Virus record (IMG/VR): IMGVR_UViG_3300027716_000003
Length of the DNA stretch: 47,187 bases
DNA from: a virus
Direction: 5' to 3' (one strand)
Below are positions 7,734 to 14,817 of the stretch, piece by piece. The notes under the pieces were generated by a model, which was given only the letters and a program-made list of their open reading frames with translations, ran no database searches and was not told the origin of the DNA. The stretch's first letter is position 1, and the number at the start of each line of letters is the position of its first letter. A program made the translations under genes and the position numbers.

Positions 7734-8162
7734 TCAGGCAGCGGGGCGGACCATCGCCTCCAAACGGTTCCGCATCTCGAGCAGCGCGTCGCAATGGCGA
7801 GCGCCGGGCGTCGTCCCCATACCCTCGAGGCGGCCCGCATACGCCCATGCTTGCGCGGCCGCTCGCACGACGATCAACGGGTTAGTGTGCTCGAGCGCGG
7901 TCAACAGTGACTCGCATAGATAGGCGCGTAGCTGTTTCTCGCGTTCCCCCGGAAACGGCCGGCAGTAGAAGACACCAGACGAGCGAACCTCGACGGCCGG
8001 GTCGCAATAGTCGTTCTGAAGAGCCTCGCGATAGAGCCAAGCGAGACGACCGGTTTCCGCCTTAGCGGTGAGCGTTGCAATGTCCACTGTGTAACCCTTG
8101 GTTGTGTCGGCTGAAGTGCCGCACGGGACCGCGATTGCTCGCGAGCCCGAACGGAACTTCAA
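7734..8162 (-). CDS. Hypothetical protein (142 aa)
   Basis: TTG start overlapping the upstream stop (TTGA). Start uncertain. Confidence 0.5.
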   Translation of the reverse strand: MKFRSGSRAIAVPCGTSADTTKGYTVDIATLTAKAETGRLAWLYREALQNDYCDPAVEVRSSGVFYCRPFPGEREKQLRAYLCESLLTALEHTNPLIVVRAAAQAWAYAGRLEGMGTTPGARHCDALLEMRNRLEAMVRPAA

Positions 8163-8590
8163 TCGGCAAGCGGGCGCGTGGTGTCGTAGTTCGGGTCGTA
8201 CGACCCGAGAAACAAGCGCTTGCCGCCGCGCTGGACATAGGTAGAGCCGCTATTGGACCAGCACATGACGCGCACGCGGTACCAGCGTCCACCGATACGC
8301 AGCTGCCAAGCCGTTGGCAAGCGCCCGCCATAGCCGCTACGGGTCTGCCCGCTGGTGGGGACGGCCGTCACACGGCGCGCCTGGATGGTCGACTCGTCCA
8401 GATAGAAGGGCCCGCGTGCGGCGACTTGCTCCGCCACGCAACCGTCGCAAGTCATATCGCCAGCGCCCTGGTCCCCTGCAAAGACGGGCGTAGCGTGCCC
8501 GCACGCCACATCGTGCTCATCGATGTGCGCGTGTTCCGTGCAATAGAACGCGCCCTCGATTGCGTACCCAACGACATCATATGCTTTCAC
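8159..8590 (-). CDS. Hypothetical Cys/His-containing protein (143 aa)
   Basis: GTG start with GAGG upstream. Motifs YCTEHAH...TCDGC and RWYRVRVMCWSNSGS. Confidence 0.6.
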   Translation of the reverse strand: MKAYDVVGYAIEGAFYCTEHAHIDEHDVACGHATPVFAGDQGAGDMTCDGCVAEQVAARGPFYLDESTIQARRVTAVPTSGQTRSGYGGRLPTAWQLRIGGRWYRVRVMCWSNSGSTYVQRGGKRLFLGSYDPNYDTTRPLAD

Positions 8591-8667
8591 GGTTGAAACC
8601 TCGTGTGGCGGGCTGGAGTGCCCGGTATGCCTCGCTACCCTTGCGGGTGACGGGGCATGCCGGAGTG

Positions 8668-9054
8668 TCAGCCGTGCACGCGGCCGCGGTACGCCATGAG
8701 GTCGACCGAACCGTATGGCTTGCTTGCTTGCGAGAGACGCTCGCCTCGCTCACCGAGTCCACGGTCCCAAAAGCCCGCGCCGTGCCCATTGCGCGTGAGC
8801 CAGAAGTCATGCCCGCACTGGGATTCATCGAGACCCGCCAAGTCGTCCGCGTTGTCACGCTGGAAAGCTTTGCAGTCGCGGACCATCTCGAGCAGGGTCG
8901 CGCGCGCGATATCCTCGGGCCCGTAATTGTCATCGAGAGGGGCGCCCATGTTCCCATCGGCGTCGCACTCGGTGGAGGACCAGAGTGCGCACTCGATGTA
9001 GCCGGTGGTAAACGAGTCGAGAGAGGCGAGGATGTCAGACTTAGAACGTGCCAT
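8668..9054 (-). CDS. Conserved phage/plasmid protein of unknown function (128 aa)
   Basis: Motifs GYIECALWSS and GHDFWLTRNGHGAGFWD are typical of a widespread family. Family name not verified. Confidence 0.65.
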   Translation of the reverse strand: MARSKSDILASLDSFTTGYIECALWSSTECDADGNMGAPLDDNYGPEDIARATLLEMVRDCKAFQRDNADDLAGLDESQCGHDFWLTRNGHGAGFWDRGLGERGERLSQASKPYGSVDLMAYRGRVHG

Positions 9055-9145
9055 TGGAGTAACCTGGGTTGTTTGGGCGTGAGTGCCCGCCGTGAGTGCC
9101 CGGTAAGAGCCGCGACCGTTGCCAGTCGCGGCGCTTGCCGGAAGC

Positions 9146-9490
9146 TCACCAGCGGTTGTCTGCCGTGATCTCTCGCTGGTAGATCGTTTCGGCGTTCATC
9201 TCGGCCAGCTGAGCCACATCGATGCGACCCGCCAAACGCTCGCAGACGCCCGTTGCCTTGAACGCGCAGAAGTTTGCGAGCGCCCGCATGGCGGCGTCCG
9301 TGGTTTGATTGAAGCGCCGGGCGAACGCAGCGAGCTCACCGCCGTTGGCGCGCGCCTCGAGATCGGCGCCAAGCGCGGCGTAGTTGATCGGCGAGTGCGG
9401 GTCGCTCGGGTCGTTGCGGTTGGCATCGACGAGGGCGGTGAAGTAGGAGCGATCGTAGGGGGCAAGCGTGGCGAATCGGTGGGCTGTCAT
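9146..9490 (-). CDS. Hypothetical protein (114 aa); first gene after the non-coding gap
   Basis: ATG at 9490; ORF-track protein of normal composition. Confidence 0.6.
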   Translation of the reverse strand: MTAHRFATLAPYDRSYFTALVDANRNDPSDPHSPINYAALGADLEARANGGELAAFARRFNQTTDAAMRALANFCAFKATGVCERLAGRIDVAQLAEMNAETIYQREITADNRW

Positions 9491-9734
9491 GACTGGTAAT
9501 CTCGGTTGGATGGCTGAACGGTATGGTGATGGGAGCGAGAAACGGCGGGGGAATCAGTCGAATCTCTGCGCGTTTCGCACTGCCGACTCAGTAATTTTGC
9601 CACGGAGCTAGGTGCTAGGCACCCGTTATCCGAGCTCAGGGCGCAGATAGCTCGCCATTCTGGGACGATCCGGGGGGCAGGGCTGTCCGCTGCCTAAACC
9701 CGGGGCGGCGTCAAGCGGAAAGCGCGGCGCGCAA

Positions 9735-9894
9735 CCACTGAACGCCCTGTGCAACTCCTCAGCTGTTCAGTGCCATGCGCCACTGCTCAGAAGGTGCAGC
9801 TCCTCGAGTGTTCAGTGCTTTCCGTTCAGCTGCGCACTCGCCACTGAACGCGCGACACCTGAACGCGCGGCTGCAGCTCCTCAGGTGTTCAGTG
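9735..9894. promoter_or_regulatory. Repeat array: three 37-39-nt units (9735-9772, 9781-9817, 9856-9894) plus extra half-sites; seven GTTCAG/CTGAAC hexamers in about 155 nt
   Basis: The three units share C(A/C)CTGAACGC..TGCA(A/G)CTCCTC(A/G)(A/G)(C/G)TGTTCAGTG. GTTCAG at 9765, 9810, 9824 and 9887; CTGAAC at 9738, 9844 and 9859. Confidence 0.7.
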
Positions 9895-9920
9895 GTCGCC
9901 GGGTACCCCCTGGCCCCCCA

Positions 9921-9938
9921 CCCCGCCCAGAGGCGGGG
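9921..9938 (-). terminator. GC-rich hairpin (CCCCGCC-N4-GGCGGGG) about 30 nt downstream of the 9968 stop; possible terminator without U-tract
   Basis: Stem read directly. No T-run follows on the minus strand. Confidence 0.3.
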
Positions 9939-9967
9939 CGAACCACCCCATCCCACCGATCTAAAAT

Positions 9968-10201
9968 TTACAACTCGGACCCAGCAGGCCGGACCGGGCC
10001 GTAGACGCGGCAGCTCCGATGCGCCCGCCCGTACTCCCGCATGATGGCGACCGCCATCCCGATAGGCAGCGGGAGCGCCGCCCGGAACACGTCCCCGCAG
10101 TGCATGCAGACCAGCACCATCTGCTCGTCGGGCAACACCATCCACACGCTCCGCGGCGAGCTGTAGTCGTAGACGACGTGGCTGTCCTTCGCCTTGCTCA
10201 T
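9968..10201 (-). CDS. Small Cys-containing protein (77 aa)
   Basis: ATG 10201 overlaps the upstream stop (ATGA). Contains CMHCGD...HRSC. Confidence 0.55.
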   Translation of the reverse strand: MSKAKDSHVVYDYSSPRSVWMVLPDEQMVLVCMHCGDVFRAALPLPIGMAVAIMREYGRAHRSCRVYGPVRPAGSEL

Positions 10202-10365
10202 CGTTCCCGCTCGAAGACCCACCACACCACGCCATGCGCGAGCACCTGCCCGCCCGCGAAGTACATCGCGACCCGCGCAGCCGCTTCCGGGCTCACTGCG
10301 TAGTAGAGGAACAGCAGGAACGCGAGCAGCACGCACTGGACGCGCCATGCCGAGCGGGCGCTCAC
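10198..10365 (-). CDS. 55-aa membrane peptide (not in ORF track)
   Basis: Hand translation VSARSAWRVQCVLLAFLLFLYYAVSPEAAARVAMYFAGGQVLAHGVVWWVFERER. GTGA overlap upstream and ATGA overlap downstream. Confidence 0.5.
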   Translation of the reverse strand: MSARSAWRVQCVLLAFLLFLYYAVSPEAAARVAMYFAGGQVLAHGVVWWVFERER

Positions 10366-10547
10366 TGCGCCTCCCCGTAGAGCGCCGCCGCCACGCGATC
10401 AGCGCACCTCTTGCACTCCGCGCACGTCGCGAGCTGCCGGTCCATCACGGCCACCCACTTGTGCCCCGGTCCCCAGTCCTTCGGCAAGCCGTGGACGCTC
10501 CCGCAGAGCACCCGCCCGTAGAGCAGCACGTGGACCGTGGGACTCAC
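10362..10547 (-). CDS. Small zinc-ribbon-like protein (61 aa)
   Basis: GTGA-coupled. VLLYGRVLCGS...TCAECKRC. Confidence 0.55.
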   Translation of the reverse strand: MSPTVHVLLYGRVLCGSVHGLPKDWGPGHKWVAVMDRQLATCAECKRCADRVAAALYGEAQ

Positions 10548-10882
10548 CGTCCCTCCGGCATCGGGATGCAGGTGCAGTTGCCGCCGCTCACGCGGTACGC
10601 GCAGTCCCGATCGTGGTCGATGGGTACCGCCCCCCTGCAGTGCGGGCACTCGGGCCCGTGCGGCAGGATGGTCCGGAGGTAGCAGTCGACGTGCACGGGC
10701 TCACGCGACCAGACCACCTTGCCCTCTTCGACGGCGTGCACGACCGAATGAACGAGCCCCTGGCTACCCTCGATGATGGGCTCCCGGCAGCGCATGCAGA
10801 GCTCGCCGACAGGCGTCGCGACGTGGTCGTTCGGATCGCAACACGGAGCGCCCCAGCTCGCCCCAAACCACTGTTCCGTCAC
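10544..10882 (-). CDS. Cys-rich protein (112 aa)
   Basis: GTGA-coupled. Contains CC, CMRC, CPHC and CTC motifs. Confidence 0.55.
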   Translation of the reverse strand: MTEQWFGASWGAPCCDPNDHVATPVGELCMRCREPIIEGSQGLVHSVVHAVEEGKVVWSREPVHVDCYLRTILPHGPECPHCRGAVPIDHDRDCAYRVSGGNCTCIPMPEGR

Positions 10883-11064
10883 TGGTCCTCCCCATCCGAA
10901 GGCGAGTAGACGAACGACTCGCCCGGCACATCGACCTGCTTCGTGACCATCAGGTCGCAGTCGAGGCAGAACGTGTACCCCCCGATGCCGCCCCCGCCGG
11001 CGAAGCCATATCCGGAGCTCATCTCTCCGCCGCACACCGGACAGCGCCCGTCGTCCTCGCTCAC
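10879..11064 (-). CDS. Zinc-ribbon mini-protein (61 aa)
   Basis: GTGA-coupled. CPVCGG...CLDC. Confidence 0.55.
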   Translation of the reverse strand: MSEDDGRCPVCGGEMSSGYGFAGGGGIGGYTFCLDCDLMVTKQVDVPGESFVYSPSDGEDQ

Positions 11065-11297
11065 TCGTCCTCCCGGCATCCGCTGCAGAGCTTGCCAGGC
11101 TCGTGCAGCTGGTAGTGCTTCGTGCAGAGCTGCACGCTCTTCTCGCAGCAGGGGCACTTCGCGGTGTTCCGAGGAAACAGCTCCAGCGCAGCGACGAAGG
11201 CCTCGGCGGTCTTCCACGACGCCTCGATGCCGTCGTTCAGCCCATTCATCAGCACCACCGTCGCCACCAGCCGCTGGCGCGGCGTCGTCTCGCTCAT
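11061..11297 (-). CDS. Cys-rich protein (78 aa)
   Basis: ATGA-coupled. CPCC...CTKH...CSGC. Confidence 0.55.
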   Translation of the reverse strand: MSETTPRQRLVATVVLMNGLNDGIEASWKTAEAFVAALELFPRNTAKCPCCEKSVQLCTKHYQLHEPGKLCSGCREDE

Positions 11298-11584
11298 GGC
11301 TCCGCCACCACGCAGCGCAGCCGCATCACGCCGCCGGCGACCAGGTCGATGACGTCCCCCATCTCGGCCTTCGGCGCCTCGCCGAGGCGCACCTCGATGA
11401 TTCCATGGCGCTCCTGCCCCTCCACGGCGCGCAGCATGTGCAGCCGAACCCCCGCCTCCGTGCCGTCCGGGAAGCTCGCCCGCGAGAACACCGTCGGCGT
11501 GTCCGCGAGCAGCACCTCGAAGGCCTTCGGCACCAGGACACGCACGAGGATCGTCTCCCCGTCACCCTGAAGTTCAGTCCCCAT
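11294..11584 (-). CDS. Hypothetical protein (96 aa); first gene of the coupled chain
   Basis: ATG 11584; the stop overlaps the next start. Confidence 0.55.
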   Translation of the reverse strand: MGTELQGDGETILVRVLVPKAFEVLLADTPTVFSRASFPDGTEAGVRLHMLRAVEGQERHGIIEVRLGEAPKAEMGDVIDLVAGGVMRLRCVVAEP

Positions 11585-11776
11585 CAGCGCCGACTACCGG
11601 ATCTCGTCCGCAACGGGTAGCTGAACAGACGAACCCTGGGGGGACACCACCGCGGTTTCGGCGATTACGATGCCGTCTGGCGCTCCCGTCTCCGCAGCGT
11701 CGCTCCGCTGGACTTATCTTCTGTCCCGGCCGACGAGAAGTCCATCACTAAGTGACGCCTGAGCAGTGTCATCCGC

Positions 11777-12055
11777 TCAGTGGCTGCCGATGGTCACCCT
11801 CGGATTGCCCTGCAGGTGCCGGAAATGCGCGATGCACAGCCCCACCCCCCGCGCCGTCGTCCACTTCACCGCGCGCCGGCACGGGCCCGGGTAGCTCTCC
11901 CTGAGCATCGACTGATCACGAAGGAAAACCAGCACCCGATGCGGGGTCACCCGCAGGAAAGACGCGATCTCCTTCACGTAAAACCGCTCTCCTTTCGTGG
12001 CCTTCGTCGGAGGGGGCAATACTGAACGTTCGTCACTGGCCGGATGGCGTGCCAT
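11777..12055 (-). CDS. Possible HTH DNA-binding protein (92 aa), divergent from the late operon
   Basis: FYVKEIASFLRVTPHRVLVFLRD is HTH-like. Its 5' end carries the word CTGAACGTTC. Confidence 0.45.
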   Translation of the reverse strand: MARHPASDERSVLPPPTKATKGERFYVKEIASFLRVTPHRVLVFLRDQSMLRESYPGPCRRAVKWTTARGVGLCIAHFRHLQGNPRVTIGSH

Positions 12056-12066
12056 ATTGTCCTCGC

Positions 12067-12498
12067 ATGACGTTCTACCCGACGCCGATGCTCCGAGAAA
12101 TCAACGGGCAGGCCGAGAAAGAGGCCCGCCTCACCCGGATGCTCGAGATCGAGGACGAAATCTACCAGACCGCCGCGGGTATCCTCCACGCGACCCTGGA
12201 TTTCTGTCACGTGACGCCCGATCAGGAGGAGCCCCCCGAGGAATGGGTGGCCCGTTTCGGGGCAGACGCCGCCAAAAAGCGCCTCGCCGTCGCCAAAGCG
12301 GGCTGGCTCCCCCAATCCCTCGGCCCCTCGGGCCCCAAGTACGCCGTCCAGCTCGTCGCCGGCATCTCGCGCGCGCGCCGCATGCAATCCGGGCAGCTCG
12401 GAGCCCCCCGCGAGGTGAACGCCAAGATCGCGCTGCCCGCGCCCACCAGCGCCGGCATGCCCGGAGCCCCCGAATACCCCTCGAAGGAGATCGAGTGA
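12067..12498 (+). CDS. Hypothetical protein (143 aa); first gene of the late operon
   Basis: ATG 12067; the ORF track allows GTG 12049. Confidence 0.55.
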   Translation: MTFYPTPMLREINGQAEKEARLTRMLEIEDEIYQTAAGILHATLDFCHVTPDQEEPPEEWVARFGADAAKKRLAVAKAGWLPQSLGPSGPKYAVQLVAGISRARRMQSGQLGAPREVNAKIALPAPTSAGMPGAPEYPSKEIE

Positions 12499-12701
12499 GC
12501 GCTCTCGACGGCGGCACCTTCGGCCTCACCGAGGAGTTCGATCGCCTCGTCGACCGTCTCTTCGAGATCGCAGAGGCAGAGGGGCGTCGCCTTTCGATCC
12601 GCGTCAGCTCGCCGCGGGGCCTCGTGCGCGACGAGAGAGGACGCGTTCTCGGAAGGCTCCGCCAGGCGAAGCCGGCGAAGAAACGGAAGCGAGCGGCCTG
12701 A
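12495..12701 (+). CDS. Hypothetical basic-tailed protein (68 aa)
   Basis: GTGA-coupled. C-terminal KPAKKRKRAA. Confidence 0.5.
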   Translation: MSALDGGTFGLTEEFDRLVDRLFEIAEAEGRRLSIRVSSPRGLVRDERGRVLGRLRQAKPAKKRKRAA

Positions 12702-13045
12702 TGCTCATCGCCGGGCAGCGGATGGTGCGGGTCGACGACGGCATGAAGGGCCAGGTCGAGCTCGTCGCGATGCCCGGCTTCGAGCAGTACGAAGAGCTGC
12801 GCATCGTCTACATGGATCGGGGCGAGAAGCGCATCGCCGGCAAGCGCGAGAGCTGGCAGCCCGTGACCGAGCCGCCGAAGAAGCTCCGACCCGAGGAGAT
12901 CCAGATGGTCGCGATGGCTGCCGACCGGCAGCTCCGGGCGCTCGACGAAAACGCGCCCCTGATGTGGTGGGCGCCCCAGCTCGAGCGCGTGCACGACGGC
13001 GGGCTCGTGAAGGTCATCGCCGAATACCTGCTCGCGCGAGGCTAG
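12701..13045 (+). CDS. Hypothetical protein; small-terminase candidate by position only
   Basis: TGATG-coupled, and ends 1 nt before the terL start. No recognisable DNA-binding motif. Confidence 0.5.
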   Translation: MLIAGQRMVRVDDGMKGQVELVAMPGFEQYEELRIVYMDRGEKRIAGKRESWQPVTEPPKKLRPEEIQMVAMAADRQLRALDENAPLMWWAPQLERVHDGGLVKVIAEYLLARG

Positions 13046-13046
13046 G

Positions 13047-14558
13047 ATGCTCGACAGGTCGCTCTACTCCCCGAGCCCCTGGAGCTCGAAGTACCACGAG
13101 GCGACCGCCGATCAGGTGCTCGGGGGAGGAGCCGCGGGGCCCGGCAAGAGCTTGACCCTGCTCTGGGATTCCATCGCCACCCAGGCCGTCATCGAGCAGG
13201 CGCGCATGACGGGGCAGCTGCTCGATCAGTTCCCCGAGTGGCTCGCAGACCTCTGCAGGAAGCACCCCATCCGGCAGGGCGAGAGCGAGGGGCACACGCT
13301 CCACATGCGCCGCACGATGCCGCAGCTTCAGGAGACCATCGACCGCTCGATGCGCATGTTCCCGAAGTTCGACCCGCACGCGCGCTACTCGAAGGAGCTG
13401 CACCGCTGGGAGTTCGCGACCGGGTACAAGTACACGTTCGGCCACTGCCGCGAGAGCAACAGCCACGAGGACTACCTCTCCAAGCAGTACACCGCGCTCG
13501 ATCTCGACGAGGCCTACCAGTTCGAGGAGAAGCAGTTCGAGGAGCTCGACGGCCGCGTCCGCACCGCCGACCCCGTGCTTCGGCACTTCAAGCGCACGCG
13601 CCTCATGAGCAACCCCGCGCCGGGCTGGCTCAAGGACACCTTCGTCACCCCCGAGCGCAAGGGCAACACTCTCCTCAAGCGCAAGGTGCTCGACCCGCTC
13701 ACGGGCGAGTTCGAGTGGAAGACGCAACTGTTTCTCCCTGCAACACTCGACGATAACCCCGACAAGGGCTTCGTCCGTGACTACAAGTTCAAGCTGCTGA
13801 GCAAGCCCGCCCACATGCGCGCGCGCTATCTCTACGGCGACTGGGACAGCGTCGAAGGCGGCTACTTCGAGGACGACTACAACCCGGGCGTGCACGTGAT
13901 CGCGCCGTTCAAGATCCCGCGCGACTGGCCCAAGTTCCGCGTGATGGACTGGGGCTTCAAGACGCACGGCGTGTGCGGCTGGTTCGCGCTCGACCCCGAC
14001 GAGAACCTGTATCTCTTCTACGAGTTCAACTTCCGGCTGATGAAGGACGCCGAAGTCGCCAAGCGCATCATTGAGATCGAGAAGAGCTTCGGGTTCTGGG
14101 ACAAGAACGAGAACAAGAGCCGGCTGCTCTCGTCCGTCGCCGACACCCAGCTCTGGGAGGAGCGCGGCGACTCGGGCAAGAGCAAGGCGCAGGTCTTCGC
14201 CGATCACGGCATCTACTGGGAGCCCGCCGACAAGGCCTCGATCCAGCGCAACGCCGAGCGCGTGACGGAGCGGCTACGCGACTACGACGAGCGGCGCCCG
14301 CCGGCGCTGCTCATCTTCGAGAACTGCAAGAAAACTACCGAGATGTTCAGCAGCATCAAAGTCGACGAGAACGACTCGCTCATCCCCGACAAGAAGAGCC
14401 CGCTCAAGCACTGGTTCGACATCGTCGCCTACGGAGCCGCGCGCGCGAGCCGCGGGCGAGGGAGCATCGTCATGGAACTGCACGAGTTTGACAGGCCCGA
14501 CAACGACAACTCCGACGAGGCTCTGCCCAAAGCGAGCGGATTCGGGTACGGGAGCTGA
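13047..14558 (+). CDS. terL: Terminase large subunit
   Basis: Walker A GGAAGPGKS, Walker B-like ALDLDEA, and a C-terminal nuclease-like RVMDWGF. 503 aa. Confidence 0.9.
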   Translation: MLDRSLYSPSPWSSKYHEATADQVLGGGAAGPGKSLTLLWDSIATQAVIEQARMTGQLLDQFPEWLADLCRKHPIRQGESEGHTLHMRRTMPQLQETIDRSMRMFPKFDPHARYSKELHRWEFATGYKYTFGHCRESNSHEDYLSKQYTALDLDEAYQFEEKQFEELDGRVRTADPVLRHFKRTRLMSNPAPGWLKDTFVTPERKGNTLLKRKVLDPLTGEFEWKTQLFLPATLDDNPDKGFVRDYKFKLLSKPAHMRARYLYGDWDSVEGGYFEDDYNPGVHVIAPFKIPRDWPKFRVMDWGFKTHGVCGWFALDPDENLYLFYEFNFRLMKDAEVAKRIIEIEKSFGFWDKNENKSRLLSSVADTQLWEERGDSGKSKAQVFADHGIYWEPADKASIQRNAERVTERLRDYDERRPPALLIFENCKKTTEMFSSIKVDENDSLIPDKKSPLKHWFDIVAYGAARASRGRGSIVMELHEFDRPDNDNSDEALPKASGFGYGS

Positions 14559-14559
14559 T

Positions 14560-14817
14560 ATGACAGAATCTGTCACACCTCCGGATCCGCCTCTCGTCGA
14601 CCCCGAGACGGGCGAGACGCCGCCGCTGTCGCCGCCTCGCATGCGCCCGGACCCGCTCGCGTGGGCGTACAAGCTCGCGATGGAGAACGATCCCGAGTGG
14701 CAAAAGATCCTCGCCGAGCCCTCCGAGGGACCGGCGAGGTGGTGGAAGCCAGAGGAGGAGCTCGTGCCTAGCGGCAAGTACGTGACCGTGCAGTGGGAGC
14801 CCGACGATGCCGCGTGA
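14560..14817 (+). CDS. Hypothetical Pro-rich protein (85 aa)
   Basis: ATG 2 nt after the terL stop; overlaps the portal start. Confidence 0.5.
   Translation: MTESVTPPDPPLVDPETGETPPLSPPRMRPDPLAWAYKLAMENDPEWQKILAEPSEGPARWWKPEEELVPSGKYVTVQWEPDDAA

Noticed and set aside
9735-9894. CRISPR-like array.
   Set aside because: There are only three units with irregular spacing (46 and 75 nt between unit starts). The units are internally palindromic around a shared core, there are no spacer-like unique segments of constant length, and there are no cas genes.
12022-12038. Full M. xanthus-type LexA box at the late-operon start.
   Set aside because: Only the left half (CTGAACGTTC) fits the recalled consensus. 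The right half (GTCACT) does not match GTTCAG, giving about 13/17 by hand count. It is reported only as a half-site occurrence, not as a confirmed SOS box.
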